Positions 1 through 8,153 of a stretch of DNA of 13,518 nt are shown piece after piece. Source of the stretch: a virus. Lineage: Duplodnaviria > Heunggongvirae > Uroviricota > Caudoviricetes. A model generated the notes under the pieces. The model had not been told where the DNA came from. It did no database searches and saw nothing but the letters and a program-made list of their open reading frames with translations. Where the stretch lies: IMG/VR virus record IMGVR_UViG_2541047745_000013; one strand, 5' to 3'. The first letter of the stretch is position 1; the number at the start of each line of letters is the position of its first letter. A program made the position numbers and the translations under genes.

Positions 1-819
1 ATGCGATTAGCCAGTCGTTTTGGTTATGCGAACCAGGTACGTCGTGATCGTCCGCTGACACACGAAGAACTGATGCGCCATGTACCGAGTATTTTTGGGG
101 AAGACCGACATACCTCCCGCAGTGAACACTATGCGTACATTCCCACTATCACCGTCCTGGAAAATCTGCAGCAGGAAGGCTTTCAGCCATTCTTCGCCTG
201 CCAGACCCGCGTACGTGACCCGGGCCGCCGGGGATACACAAAACACATGCTGCGCCTGCGCCGTAACGGGGAGATAAACGGACAACATGTCCCTGAAATT
301 ATTCTGCTCAACTCCCATGACGGTACCTCCAGCTACCAGATGCTGCCGGGTTACTTCAGATTCGTCTGCCAGAACGGCTGCGTCTGCGGTCAGTCTCTGG
401 GGGAAGTCCATGTGCCCCACCGGGGAAATGTGGTGGACAGAGTCATTGAAGGGGCTCACGAGGTAGTGGGCGTTTTTGACCGGATTGAGGAAAAGCGTGA
501 TGCCATGCAGTCTCTGGTTCTGCCGCCACCGGCACGTCAGGCACTGGCACAGGCGGCGCTGACTTACCGTTATGGTGATGAACATCAACCCGTCACCACT
601 GCCGACATTCTGACACCACGACGCCGGGAGGATTACGGTAAGGACCTGTGGAGCGCATATCAGACCATCCAGGAGAATATGCTGAAAGGCGGGATTTCCG
701 GCCGTAGTGCAAAAGGAAAACGTATCCATACCCGCGCCATTCACAGTATCGACACCGACATCAAGCTCAATCGCGCATTGTGGGTGATGGCGGAAACGCT
801 GCTGGAGAGTATGCGCTGA
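1..819 (+). CDS. DUF932-domain protein (YfjQ/YafZ family)
   Basis: 272-codon ORF with ATG at window position 1 and TGA at 817-819. The translation (MRLASRFG ... NRALWVMAETLLESMR) matches my recollection of YfjQ-type proteins. Upstream context is not visible, so the start cannot be verified. Confidence 0.8.
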   Translation: MRLASRFGYANQVRRDRPLTHEELMRHVPSIFGEDRHTSRSEHYAYIPTITVLENLQQEGFQPFFACQTRVRDPGRRGYTKHMLRLRRNGEINGQHVPEIILLNSHDGTSSYQMLPGYFRFVCQNGCVCGQSLGEVHVPHRGNVVDRVIEGAHEVVGVFDRIEEKRDAMQSLVLPPPARQALAQAALTYRYGDEHQPVTTADILTPRRREDYGKDLWSAYQTIQENMLKGGISGRSAKGKRIHTRAIHSIDTDIKLNRALWVMAETLLESMR

Positions 820-910
820 TGTTGTTTCCCTGAAAGTGCAACCCTGACTCACGTCTGTATCAGTCCCCAGGCATTCTTCCATTCATTTGCTTTTTATAAG
901 GAATAGTCTC

Positions 911-1396
911 ATGACAACCTCTTCGCATAATTCCACCACACCTTCTGTTTCCGTAACAACTGCATCAGGGAATAACCAGTCTCAACTGGTTGCCACTCCT
1001 GTCCCTGATGAACAGCGCATCAGTTTCTGGCCGCAGCATTTTGGCCTCATTCCACAGTGGGTGACCCTGGAGCCCCGTGTCTTCGGCTGGATGGACCGTC
1101 TGTGCGAAGACTACTGCGGTGGTATCTGGAATCTGTACACCCTGAACAACGGCGGGGCATTTATGGCCCCTGAACCGGATGGCGATGATGACGAAACATG
1201 GGTACTGTTCAATGCCATGAACGGTAACCGCGCTGAAATGAGCCCGGAAGCCGCCGGCATTGCCGCCTGTCTGATGACGTACAGCCATCACGCCTGCCGT
1301 ACGGAGTGTTATGTCATGACGGTTCATTATTACCGTCTGCGGGATTACGCCCTGCAGCATCCGGAATGCAGCGCCATTATGCGCATCATTGACTGA
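911..1396 (+). CDS. Antirestriction-family protein (YfjX/YafX-like)
   Basis: The open frame begins at TTG 887, but ATG 911 has an AAGGA 9 nt upstream and gives the MTT... N-terminus expected for this family. TGA stop at 1394-1396. Conserved-looking core WPQHFGLIPQWV ... GGIWNLYTLNNGG. Confidence 0.8.
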   Translation: MTTSSHNSTTPSVSVTTASGNNQSQLVATPVPDEQRISFWPQHFGLIPQWVTLEPRVFGWMDRLCEDYCGGIWNLYTLNNGGAFMAPEPDGDDDETWVLFNAMNGNRAEMSPEAAGIAACLMTYSHHACRTECYVMTVHYYRLRDYALQHPECSAIMRIID

Positions 1397-1411
1397 AAGG
1401 GGGCCGGAACA

Positions 1412-1888
1412 ATGCAACAGATTTCCTTTCTGCCCGGAGAAATGACAACCAGAGAGCGCAGCCTCATTCAGCGGGCCCTGAAAGCCCTGGACCGCCATCT
1501 TCATGAACCCGGCGTGGCCTTCACCTCCACCCGTGCGGCACGGGAATGGCTGATTCTGAACATGGCGGGACTGGAGCGTGAAGAATTCCGGGTGCTGTAT
1601 CTGAATAACCAGAATCAGCTGATTGCCGGTGAAACCCTCTTCACCGGCACCATCAACCGCACGGAAGTCCATCCCCGGGAGGTGATTAAACGCGCCCTGT
1701 ACCACAATGCCGCTGCCGTGGTGCTGGCACACAATCACCCGTCCGGTGAAGTCACACCCAGCAAGGCAGACCGCCTTATCACGGAACGTCTGGTACAGGC
1801 ACTGGGCCTGGTGGATATCCGGGTACCGGACCATCTGATAGTCGGTGGCAGCCAGGTTTTCTCCTTTGCGGAACACGGCCTGCTTTAA
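1412..1888 (+). CDS. RadC-like JAB/MPN-domain protein (YeeS/YfjY/YkfG family)
   Basis: 158-aa ORF with AGGGGG ribosome-binding site upstream of ATG 1412. Contains the HNHPSG JAMM-type motif (…VVLAHNHPSGEVTPSKAD…). TAA stop at 1886-1888. Confidence 0.9.
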   Translation: MQQISFLPGEMTTRERSLIQRALKALDRHLHEPGVAFTSTRAAREWLILNMAGLEREEFRVLYLNNQNQLIAGETLFTGTINRTEVHPREVIKRALYHNAAAVVLAHNHPSGEVTPSKADRLITERLVQALGLVDIRVPDHLIVGGSQVFSFAEHGLL

Positions 1889-1956
1889 CCCGTCACCGTC
1901 ACAACCACATCACACCTGTTTTCACTTTTATCTTCTGTCTTCAGAGGTATCCCATC

Positions 1957-2178
1957 ATGAAAATCATCACCCGTGGTGAAGCCATGCGTATTCACCGTCA
2001 GCATCCGGCATCCCGTCTTTTCCCGTTCTGTACCGGCAAATACCGCTGGCACGGCAGCACTGAAGCGTATACCGGTCGTGAAGTGCAGGATATTCCCGGT
2101 GTGCTGGCCGTGTTTGCTGAACGTCGTAAGGACAGTTTTGGCCCGTATGTCCGGCTGATGAGCGTCACCCTGAACTGA
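1957..2178 (+). CDS. DUF987-domain protein (YeeT/YpjJ/YkfH family)
   Basis: 73-aa ORF MKIITRGEAMRIHRQHP…RLMSVTLN, at the expected position between the RadC-like gene and the antitoxin. Confidence 0.8.
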   Translation: MKIITRGEAMRIHRQHPASRLFPFCTGKYRWHGSTEAYTGREVQDIPGVLAVFAERRKDSFGPYVRLMSVTLN

Positions 2179-2291
2179 TGTTCCGTCACCCGGAAAACGA
2201 GTACGACTGGCTGAGCTCAGACGCCGCTGTGGATGAGGCCCTGCTCATAAACGAATACACCTTTACCGAAGGCGGTCTGCGCGCCGGCTGA
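2178..2291 (+). CDS. Candidate 37-aa small ORF coupled to the DUF987 gene (speculative)
   Basis: ATG at 2178-2180 overlaps the DUF987 TGA (2176-2178) in a TGATG arrangement. Reads MFRHPENEYDWLSSDAAVDEALLINEYTFTEGGLRAG, stop TGA 2289-2291. No ribosome-binding site other than coupling; may be a remnant. Confidence 0.2.
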   Translation: MFRHPENEYDWLSSDAAVDEALLINEYTFTEGGLRAG

Positions 2292-2340
2292 CCTGTCATC
2301 GTTAAACCATTCTTAACCGATTTTCTGTGAGGATTTTATC

Positions 2341-2709
2341 GTGTCAGACGCACTCTCCGGGACAATGCTTCCCGACGACAATCACGACCGCCCCTGGTGG
2401 GGGCTGCCCTGCACCGTGACGCCCTGTTTCGGGGCACGTCTGGTGCAGGAGGGTAACCGCCTGCATTACCTTGCCGACCGCGCCGGTATCAGAGGCCTGT
2501 TCAGCGATGCAGATGCGTACCACCTGGACCAGGCCTTTCCGCTGCTGATGAAACAACTGGAACTCATGCTCACCAGCGGTGAACTGAATCCCCGCCATCA
2601 GCATACCGTCACGCTGTATGCAAAAGGTCTGACCTGCAAAGCTGACACTCTCGGTAGCGGTGGTTACGTTTATCTGGCTGTTTATCCGACGCCCGAAACG
2701 AAAAAGTAA
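2341..2709 (+). CDS. cbeA: Type IV toxin-antitoxin antitoxin CbeA (YeeU family)
   Basis: GTG start at 2341 with GAGGA about 8 nt upstream. The 122-aa translation ([49 protein letters not shown]…) closely matches my recollection of E. coli YeeU/CbeA. Confidence 0.9.
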   Translation: MSDALSGTMLPDDNHDRPWWGLPCTVTPCFGARLVQEGNRLHYLADRAGIRGLFSDADAYHLDQAFPLLMKQLELMLTSGELNPRHQHTVTLYAKGLTCKADTLGSGGYVYLAVYPTPETKK

Positions 2710-2798
2710 ACCACCGGAATAATCGTCTGTTCCGGCCCGGTGCATTACAGCACCACTCTTCCCACAATTTACTCTCTCATATCAGGAATATCTTCAGT

Positions 2799-3176
2799 AT
2801 GAAAACATTACCCGACACACACGTACGGGAGGCATCGCGCTGCCTGTCTCCGGTTGAAATCTGGCAGACACTGCTCACCCGGTTACTGGACCAGCACTAC
2901 GGCCTCACACTGAATGACACACCGTTCGCTGATGAACGTGTGATTGAGCAGCATATTGAAGCAGGGATTTCACTGTGTGACGCGGTGAACTTTCTCGTTG
3001 AAAAATACGCCCTGGTGCGTACCGACCAGCCGGGATTCAGCCCCTGTACCCGCTCTCAGTTAATCAACAGTATCGATATCCTCCGGGCACGCCGGGCAAC
3101 CGGCCTGATGACCCGCGATAACTACAGAACGGTAAATAACATTACCCGGGGTAAGCATCCGGAGGCGAAACAATGA
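2799..3176 (+). CDS. cbtA: Type IV toxin-antitoxin toxin CbtA (YeeV/YkfI/YpjF family)
   Basis: 125-aa ORF with the conserved core [52 protein letters not shown] as recalled for YeeV. Lies immediately downstream of cbeA. Confidence 0.9.
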   Translation: MKTLPDTHVREASRCLSPVEIWQTLLTRLLDQHYGLTLNDTPFADERVIEQHIEAGISLCDAVNFLVEKYALVRTDQPGFSPCTRSQLINSIDILRARRATGLMTRDNYRTVNNITRGKHPEAKQ

Positions 3177-3661
3177 AACTGGCCCTGACGCCGGAAGCCG
3201 ATAGCATTAACGTGCAGGCACTGAACATGGGGCGCATTGTCGTTGACGTCGATGGTGTTACTCTCGCTGAACTGATTAACGTGGTCTGTGATAATGGCCA
3301 CTCCCTTCGTATTGTTGATGAATCTGACCGGGCCTCAACAGACTGCATGCCACCATTTGCTGCCCTTACCGGTATACGCTGCAGTACCGCACATATCACG
3401 GAAACGGACAACGCCTGGCTGTACTCGCTGTCACACCAGACTAATGACGACGGCGAATCAGAATGGATTCATTTTACCGGCAGCGGCTATCTGTTACGTA
3501 CTGATACGTGGCCGTATCCGGTTCTGCGGCTTAAACGACTGGGCCTGTCCAGAACGTTCCGCCGTCTGGTTGTCACTCTCATCCGCCGTTATGGCGTCAG
3601 TCTCATTCATCTGGATGCCAGTGCCAGATGCCTGCCGGGTTTACCCACTTTCAACTGGTAA
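3173..3661 (+). CDS. YeeW-like protein (DUF-type family that follows cbtA in CP4-type islands)
   Basis: 162-aa ORF whose ATG (3173-3175) overlaps the cbtA stop (ATGA at 3173-3176). Assignment rests on position and gene order, not on a recognised motif. Confidence 0.65.
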   Translation: MKLALTPEADSINVQALNMGRIVVDVDGVTLAELINVVCDNGHSLRIVDESDRASTDCMPPFAALTGIRCSTAHITETDNAWLYSLSHQTNDDGESEWIHFTGSGYLLRTDTWPYPVLRLKRLGLSRTFRRLVVTLIRRYGVSLIHLDASARCLPGLPTFNW

Positions 3662-3672
3662 CCAGGAACAAC

Positions 3673-3870
3673 ATGAAATCATTAACCACGGAAACCGCAC
3701 TGGATATTCTGATTGCGTGGCTGCAGGACAATATCGACTGCGAATCGGGGATTATCTTCGACAACGATGAGGATAAAACGGATTCGGCAGCACTGCTGCC
3801 CTGTATTGAACAGGCCAGGGAAGATATCCGTACCCTGCACCAGTTGCAGTTTCTGCAACAGAACTGGTGA
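3673..3870 (+). CDS. DUF957-domain small protein
   Basis: ATG 3673 preceded by AGGA at 3663-3666. 65-aa product MKSLTTETALDILIAWLQDNIDCESGIIFDNDEDKTD…; the longer frame from 3628 lies inside the previous gene and is less likely. TGA stop 3868-3870. Confidence 0.7.
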   Translation: MKSLTTETALDILIAWLQDNIDCESGIIFDNDEDKTDSAALLPCIEQAREDIRTLHQLQFLQQNW

Positions 3871-3899
3871 GTCTTACTCACCAGACTTCATTCCACTGA

Positions 3900-3931
3900 C
3901 GCCAGCCTGAACAGGGCTGGCGTTTTCATTT
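3900..3931 (+). terminator. Rho-independent terminator after the cbeA-cbtA-yeeW-DUF957 block
   Basis: 7-bp GC-rich stem CGCCAGC (3900-3906) / GCTGGCG (3916-3922) with a 9-nt loop, followed by TTTTCATTT. Confidence 0.7.
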
Positions 3932-3984
3932 ATCTGCAAAAAGGAATATCGATTATATCTGAACTCACAGCCTCCCGTCCGGAA

Positions 3985-4809
3985 GTGGTCAACGGACATA
4001 CGGACGTTATCGGCTCAACCAGTATCCGCCACATTCTGGCTGTACGACAGAGTACATTGCTGCAAATCGACACACTTATCCGGCAACTGGCTGAAATCTC
4101 AGCAATGACAGTAAGTATTGGCGGTAAAACTGCACTGGACTGGGCCATGAAACAGGATTTTCGCTGCGGTTTCTGGCTGATGGAGAAACCTGAAATCGCA
4201 ATGAAAGCCATCACCCGGAATCTCGATCGCGAACTCTGGCGTGACCTGATGCAACGTTCCGGGATGCTTTCCTTAATGGATGCACAGGCCCGTGAGACAT
4301 GGTACCGGTCACTGGAGTACGATAATGTCCCGGAAATCAGTGAAGCAAACATTCTGAACACATTTAAACAACTGCACCAGAATAAGGATGAGGTGTTTGA
4401 GCGAGGGGTGATCAACGTCTTCAGGGGACTGAACTGGAATTACAAAACCAATTTACCCTGCAAATTTGGCAGTAAAATTATCGTCAACAATCTGGTGAGA
4501 TGGGACCGGTGGGGATTTCATATTGTCACCGGACAGCAGGCTGACCGGGTTGCTGACCTGGAAAGGATGCTGCACCTGTTCAGCGGCTGGCCCATCCCCG
4601 ACAACCGGGAAAATATCATCATCCGTCTGGATGACCACATTCAGTCCGCTCAGGGTCAGGAGTGCTATGAATATGAAGATGAGATGTTCAGCATCAGATA
4701 CTTTAAGAAGGGCTCCGCGCACATCACGTTCAGAAAACCGGAACTGATTGATCGGCTAAATGACATCATTGCGAAGTATTATCCAGAAATAATCCCATAC
4801 AATATCTAA
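3985..4809 (+). CDS. DUF4942-domain protein (conserved terminal gene of CP4-type islands); start codon uncertain
   Basis: 274-codon ORF ending TAA 4807-4809. The first canonical start in frame is GTG 3985 with no convincing ribosome-binding site; the frame is open back to 3871. Family call from recall of the gene order CbtA / YeeW-like / DUF957 / DUF4942. Confidence 0.65.
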   Translation: MVNGHTDVIGSTSIRHILAVRQSTLLQIDTLIRQLAEISAMTVSIGGKTALDWAMKQDFRCGFWLMEKPEIAMKAITRNLDRELWRDLMQRSGMLSLMDAQARETWYRSLEYDNVPEISEANILNTFKQLHQNKDEVFERGVINVFRGLNWNYKTNLPCKFGSKIIVNNLVRWDRWGFHIVTGQQADRVADLERMLHLFSGWPIPDNRENIIIRLDDHIQSAQGQECYEYEDEMFSIRYFKKGSAHITFRKPELIDRLNDIIAKYYPEIIPYNI

Positions 4810-4853
4810 TAAAACTAATCATTTCTTGTTGTGACTGATTTAGTTGAACCATA

Positions 4854-4899
4854 CTGCATGGTCGAGTAGACAGGGTATCTCAGACCATGCATGTATTTT
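4854..4899. terminator. Possible bidirectional terminator between convergent DUF4942 gene and integrase
   Basis: Inverted repeat TGCATGGTC (4854-4862) / GACCATGCA (4882-4890) followed by TTTTT (4895-4899). The 19-nt loop is long for an intrinsic terminator. Confidence 0.3.
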
Positions 4900-4901
4900 T
4901 A

Positions 4902-6221
4902 TCATCTGTTCCCAAATTTTATATGAATAACATTATCCGGAGCATTCTGCTGCACAGTAATGACGTTATTCATAATAAAATTCCCCCATTCTATAAATAA
5001 ATTTTTTAATTTTTCAGCTTGTTGTCCGACTTGATATGTTCGTATTAAACGGTCTTTGGGTACATGATTTAACAGTAACTCTATTAGGCGCTCTGGAGCA
5101 TCAAGGTATTCAGCGCATCCAGTCGCAACACTTCTACGCAGATCATGAGGAGAAAATGGAGTAAGTTCGGCTAGATACTTAGAGCGAACCCTTTCTAACG
5201 CGCGAGTCAGAGCGTCATTTGTGATGGGAAAGTCAGGTTTGCTAGTAGAACCAAAAACATATGCACCTTCAGTGAATTCACGTTGTGTTTTTATTAAAGA
5301 AAGCATATACGGATGTAAAGTAACAATATGGCTTTTCCCATTTTTAGTGGCTGGTATGGTCCAACGCTCTCCATTAATTTGATCCCAGCGCATTTGTGCC
5401 GCTTCAGAGCGGCGCACTCCTGTGAAAATAATCAAACGGAGTGCATTTGCGACAGAATGAGATAATACCACACTAGAGGAAATTCCATAGCCACCAGATG
5501 CAATGGAGCCTCCTCCAACAGTAGCATCATCCAAAGCCTTCCATAGCATCCGGAGTTCATTCTCAGGAAGCCATCGCTCGCGAGGTTTATTCATCGATGC
5601 ACCAAACATTGCTGGTTTGAGCAGTCGTGCTGGGTTATGCTCAAGCATACCCTGTAAGTTGGCATGATCAAGAGTCATATTTAGAATAATTAATCCTTTA
5701 CGAACTGCTTCAGAACTGGTTTTTCTTACATTACTGAGATGTTCAAAAATAACGCTTTTGGTAAGTTCGTCAATGCGAAGGTTTCCTAATGCTTTTTCAA
5801 GGTGGCGGTGATAAGTCCCTTCATAATCTGCAAGGGTTCTGGTGCTAATTGGTTTGCTTGTCTTTCTGAATTCTATCCAATCTTTCCATAATTCAGAGTA
5901 AATAATCATTTGTTCATTTTTTTGTTTTTCATTTTTTCTAATATGACGAGGATCTATACCTTTTCTTACTAATTCAATTGCATCCGCATGAGCTTTACGA
6001 GCTTGAGCTAATCCCATGGCAGGGTAACTACCTAGTGTTAATTTAGCTGGCTTTTGAGCTATTCGATAACGATAAATCCAGCTTTTATTGTCGCTACCAT
6101 AACGAACGCGTATAAAGAGTCCTCCCCCAGCTTTAGATTTTACAGCAAATAAGATTTCTTTTTCTTCTTTAGTAACGGTCAATGAAGCCAATTGTCTGTC
6201 TTGTGTAATAGTAAAAGTCAT
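4902..6221 (-). CDS. Tyrosine recombinase / phage integrase (P4-type; plausibly IntF-like of CP4-6-type islands)
   Basis: Open frame 4902-6257 on the - strand. Preferred start is the ATG at 6221-6219 (MTFTITQ…), which places the GGGL arm-binding motif at a typical distance; ATG 6257 is the alternative. C-terminal catalytic signature is present (…RRSEAAQ…, HDLRRSVAT, LNHV, RTYQ). Sampled 60-nt stretches are about 37-40% GC versus 52-60% in flanking genes. Confidence 0.9.
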   Translation of the reverse strand: MTFTITQDRQLASLTVTKEEKEILFAVKSKAGGGLFIRVRYGSDNKSWIYRYRIAQKPAKLTLGSYPAMGLAQARKAHADAIELVRKGIDPRHIRKNEKQKNEQMIIYSELWKDWIEFRKTSKPISTRTLADYEGTYHRHLEKALGNLRIDELTKSVIFEHLSNVRKTSSEAVRKGLIILNMTLDHANLQGMLEHNPARLLKPAMFGASMNKPRERWLPENELRMLWKALDDATVGGGSIASGGYGISSSVVLSHSVANALRLIIFTGVRRSEAAQMRWDQINGERWTIPATKNGKSHIVTLHPYMLSLIKTQREFTEGAYVFGSTSKPDFPITNDALTRALERVRSKYLAELTPFSPHDLRRSVATGCAEYLDAPERLIELLLNHVPKDRLIRTYQVGQQAEKLKNLFIEWGNFIMNNVITVQQNAPDNVIHIKFGNR

Positions 6222-6386
6222 ATCTTCAGCCTTTTGGGTACACAGCGGGGTACACATTTAACATGATATCATCAGAAACAAGGCGAAACATCTTGATACT
6301 GCATTTGTGTGTATTTTATTGATTTTTATATATTTTTTATTGTATGTTGAAACGGCTGTGAACATCTTGAATCACTGGTCTCGCTA

Positions 6387-6432
6387 ATTCGTAATGCGAA
6401 GGTCGTAGGTTCGACTCCTATTATCGGCACCA
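6387..6432 (+). other. 3' 46 nt of tRNA-Thr(CGU) (thrW-type): pseudo-tRNA / att core copy
   Basis: ATTCGTAATGCGAAGGTCGTAGGTTCGACTCCTATTATCGGCACCA matches the anticodon loop, T-arm, 3' acceptor strand and CCA of E. coli thrW as I recall it. The upstream sequence has no complementary 5' acceptor strand (GCCGATA) or D-arm, so this is not an intact tRNA. Confidence 0.85.
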
Positions 6433-6448
6433 TTCAAACATCTCCCCA

Positions 6449-6597
6449 AGTCTACTAAAGTCTTTCAAAACCCCTTATAATCCACGTATTAAAGCCCCGT
6501 TCGTCTTTTGACGTCTACTAAAGCCCCTCAAAATCTACGGTCAGATGGGGGTACTTATGGGGGTATTTGCTGTTCGGTTTAGTGGAGGTACCCCCAA
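6449..6597 (+). promoter_or_regulatory. Direct and inverted repeats between att core and integrase start (candidate arm-type / regulatory sites)
   Basis: TCTACTAAAG at 6451-6460 and again at 6515-6524, each followed by a (T/C)-rich tract then TCAAAA. TAAAGCCCC at 6490-6498 and 6518-6526. GGGGGTA twice (6547-6566) and the inverted complement GTACCCCC at 6587-6594, beside the GGAGG ribosome-binding site. Confidence 0.4.
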
Positions 6598-7812
6598 GTG
6601 AAACTCAATGCCCGTCAAATAGACACAGCCAAGCCAAAAGAGAAGGCTTACAAGCTGGCCGATGGTGGCGGTTTGTATCTCTTGGTAAAACCTAATGGAG
6701 GTAAATACTGGCGACTTAAATATCGTGTAGCTGGTAAAGAGAAGCTATTGGCACTAGGTGTGTATCCTGAGGTTACTCTAGCCGATGCTCGGGCAAAACG
6801 TGAAGATGCGAAAAGAGGTATCGCTGGTGGTATCGATCCGATGGAAGCGAAACGAGAGGAAAAGATTGCCCGGGAAACGCAGTTAAACAACACCTTCAAA
6901 GATATTGCCCTTGAGTGGCACAGCAGCAAATTAAAAAAATGGTCTGCTGGTTATGCTTCAGACATCCTCGAAGCCTTCAACAAAGATGTGTTCCCTTACA
7001 TTGGCAAAAAACCAATCGCCGAAATCAAACCACTTGAACTTCTGAATGTGCTGCGGCGCATCGAGGGGCGCGGTGCGACAGAAAAAGCCAAAAAAGTGAG
7101 GCAGCGGTGCGGGGAAGTTTTCCGCTATGCAATAGTCACTGGTCGCGCAGAGTATAACCCTGCACCAGACCTTACTAGCGCGATGCAAGGCCATGAATCT
7201 AATCATTACCCTTTCCTTACGACCAAAGAATTACCTGATTTTTTCAAGGCATTATCCAGTTACTCAGGAAGCGCATTGGTTGTTATGGCGGCTCGTCTAC
7301 TGATTATCACCGGCTTGCGAACTGGCGAACTACGTGGCGCATTATGGGATGAAATTGATTTCAACAAGGCTATATGGGAGATACCCGCTTCACGTATGAA
7401 AATGCGGCGGCCTCATATTGTGCCATTGTCTGAGCAGGCTCTTTCGCTTATTGGGAAGATTAGAGAAATAACAGGCAATTACCCTCTTATGTTTCCCGGG
7501 CGCAATGATCCAAGGAAAACAATGAGTGAGGCCAGCATAAACCAAGTGTTTAAGCGCATTGGCTACGCTGGACGTGTAACTGGTCATGGGTTCCGACACA
7601 CTATGAGCACGATTTTGCATGAGCAGGGCTATAACACCGCGTGGATAGAAACGCAGCTCGCTCACGTTGATAAGAACTCAATTCGTGGCACATACAACCA
7701 TGCGCAATATCTGGATGGACGGCGGGAGATGCTTCAATGGTATGCCGACTATATGGATTCTCTCGAGCATGGCGGAAATGTGGTGCATATGGTGTTTGAA
7801 AAACACGCATGA
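6598..7812 (+). CDS. Tyrosine recombinase / phage integrase (P4 / CP4-57 IntA-like)
   Basis: 404-aa ORF with GTG start at 6598 and GGAGG at 6582-6586. N-terminal arm-binding-like region (KPKEKAYKLADGGGLYLLVKPNGGKYWRLKYR…LGVYPEVTLADAR). C-terminal signature GLRTGELRG, HGFRHT, and the terminal tyrosine region AHVDKNSIRGTYNH. TGA stop 7810-7812. Confidence 0.9.
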   Translation: MKLNARQIDTAKPKEKAYKLADGGGLYLLVKPNGGKYWRLKYRVAGKEKLLALGVYPEVTLADARAKREDAKRGIAGGIDPMEAKREEKIARETQLNNTFKDIALEWHSSKLKKWSAGYASDILEAFNKDVFPYIGKKPIAEIKPLELLNVLRRIEGRGATEKAKKVRQRCGEVFRYAIVTGRAEYNPAPDLTSAMQGHESNHYPFLTTKELPDFFKALSSYSGSALVVMAARLLIITGLRTGELRGALWDEIDFNKAIWEIPASRMKMRRPHIVPLSEQALSLIGKIREITGNYPLMFPGRNDPRKTMSEASINQVFKRIGYAGRVTGHGFRHTMSTILHEQGYNTAWIETQLAHVDKNSIRGTYNHAQYLDGRREMLQWYADYMDSLEHGGNVVHMVFEKHA

Positions 7813-8062
7813 AACAACTGGACAAGTATACAGAGGTTTACTAAAGTATAGGGGAGTAGATTGATAAAAACTCACAGAGGATTGCTATTTAACAGTTAGC
7901 CCTGGAGAAGGGCAATCGCTCTTTTATAAACGAAGGTGTATTGAGCCTTCTACGCTGCTGAAAAGCGGAATGTTCTTTAACAGGCTTTGGCGCTGACAAA
8001 GCGCAATTGTTCTTTAAAACTACTGGATGTCACGCCTAATAGCGTGATCCTGCCGAAATGCA

Positions 8063-8076
8063 GGGTAGCTCTACCC
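8063..8076. promoter_or_regulatory. 14-bp palindrome GGGTAGCTCTACCC (candidate operator)
   Basis: Half-sites GGGTAG and CTACCC, perfectly inverted, in the int-alpA intergenic region. Confidence 0.3.
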
Positions 8077-8117
8077 TTGTGGAGCAAACAAACCAAAACA
8101 ATCTGACTATCTTTTAT

Positions 8118-8153
8118 AAAAGACCGCAATATGTTTTTCATATTGTGGTCTTT
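8118..8153. promoter_or_regulatory. 15-bp-arm palindrome AAAGACCGCAATATG-TTTTT-CATATTGTGGTCTTT (candidate operator or hairpin) upstream of alpA
   Basis: Arms differ at a single position around a TTTTT centre, about 90 bp upstream of the alpA ATG. The motif CTTTTATAAA immediately precedes it and also occurs at 7921-7930. Confidence 0.4.

Larger units (their letters stand above)
1..6432. mobile_element. Distal part of a CP4-type genomic island (CP4-6/CP4-44/CP4-57-like gene set) plus integrase, ending at a tRNA-Thr 3' fragment (putative attR)
   Basis: Gene order DUF932 / antirestriction / RadC-like / DUF987 / CbeA / CbtA / YeeW-like / DUF957 / DUF4942 matches the conserved tail of E. coli CP4-type islands as I recall them. 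An integrase and a partial tRNA-Thr follow. The left boundary is outside the window. Confidence 0.6.

Noticed and set aside
7-882. 291-aa ORF on the - strand
   Set aside because: Lies entirely antisense to the well-supported DUF932 gene; composition looks like shadow-frame translation and there is no ribosome-binding site.
887-910. TTG start at 887 for the antirestriction gene
   Set aside because: ATG 911 has a better-placed ribosome-binding site and gives the N-terminus (MTT…) that I recall for this family.
965-1876. 303-aa ORF on the - strand
   Set aside because: Antisense to the antirestriction and RadC-like genes, which have recognisable motifs; a typical GC-rich shadow ORF.
3288-3770. 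160-aa + strand ORF overlapping the YeeW-like and DUF957 genes
   Set aside because: Alternative frame spanning two better-supported genes; no independent signal.
3930-4415. 161-aa - strand ORF
   Set aside because: Antisense to the DUF4942 gene; S/R/C-rich shadow-frame composition.
6340-6432. Intact tRNA-Thr gene
   Set aside because: Only the segment from the anticodon loop to CCA matches; the upstream sequence lacks the 5' acceptor strand and D-arm, so it is a fragment.
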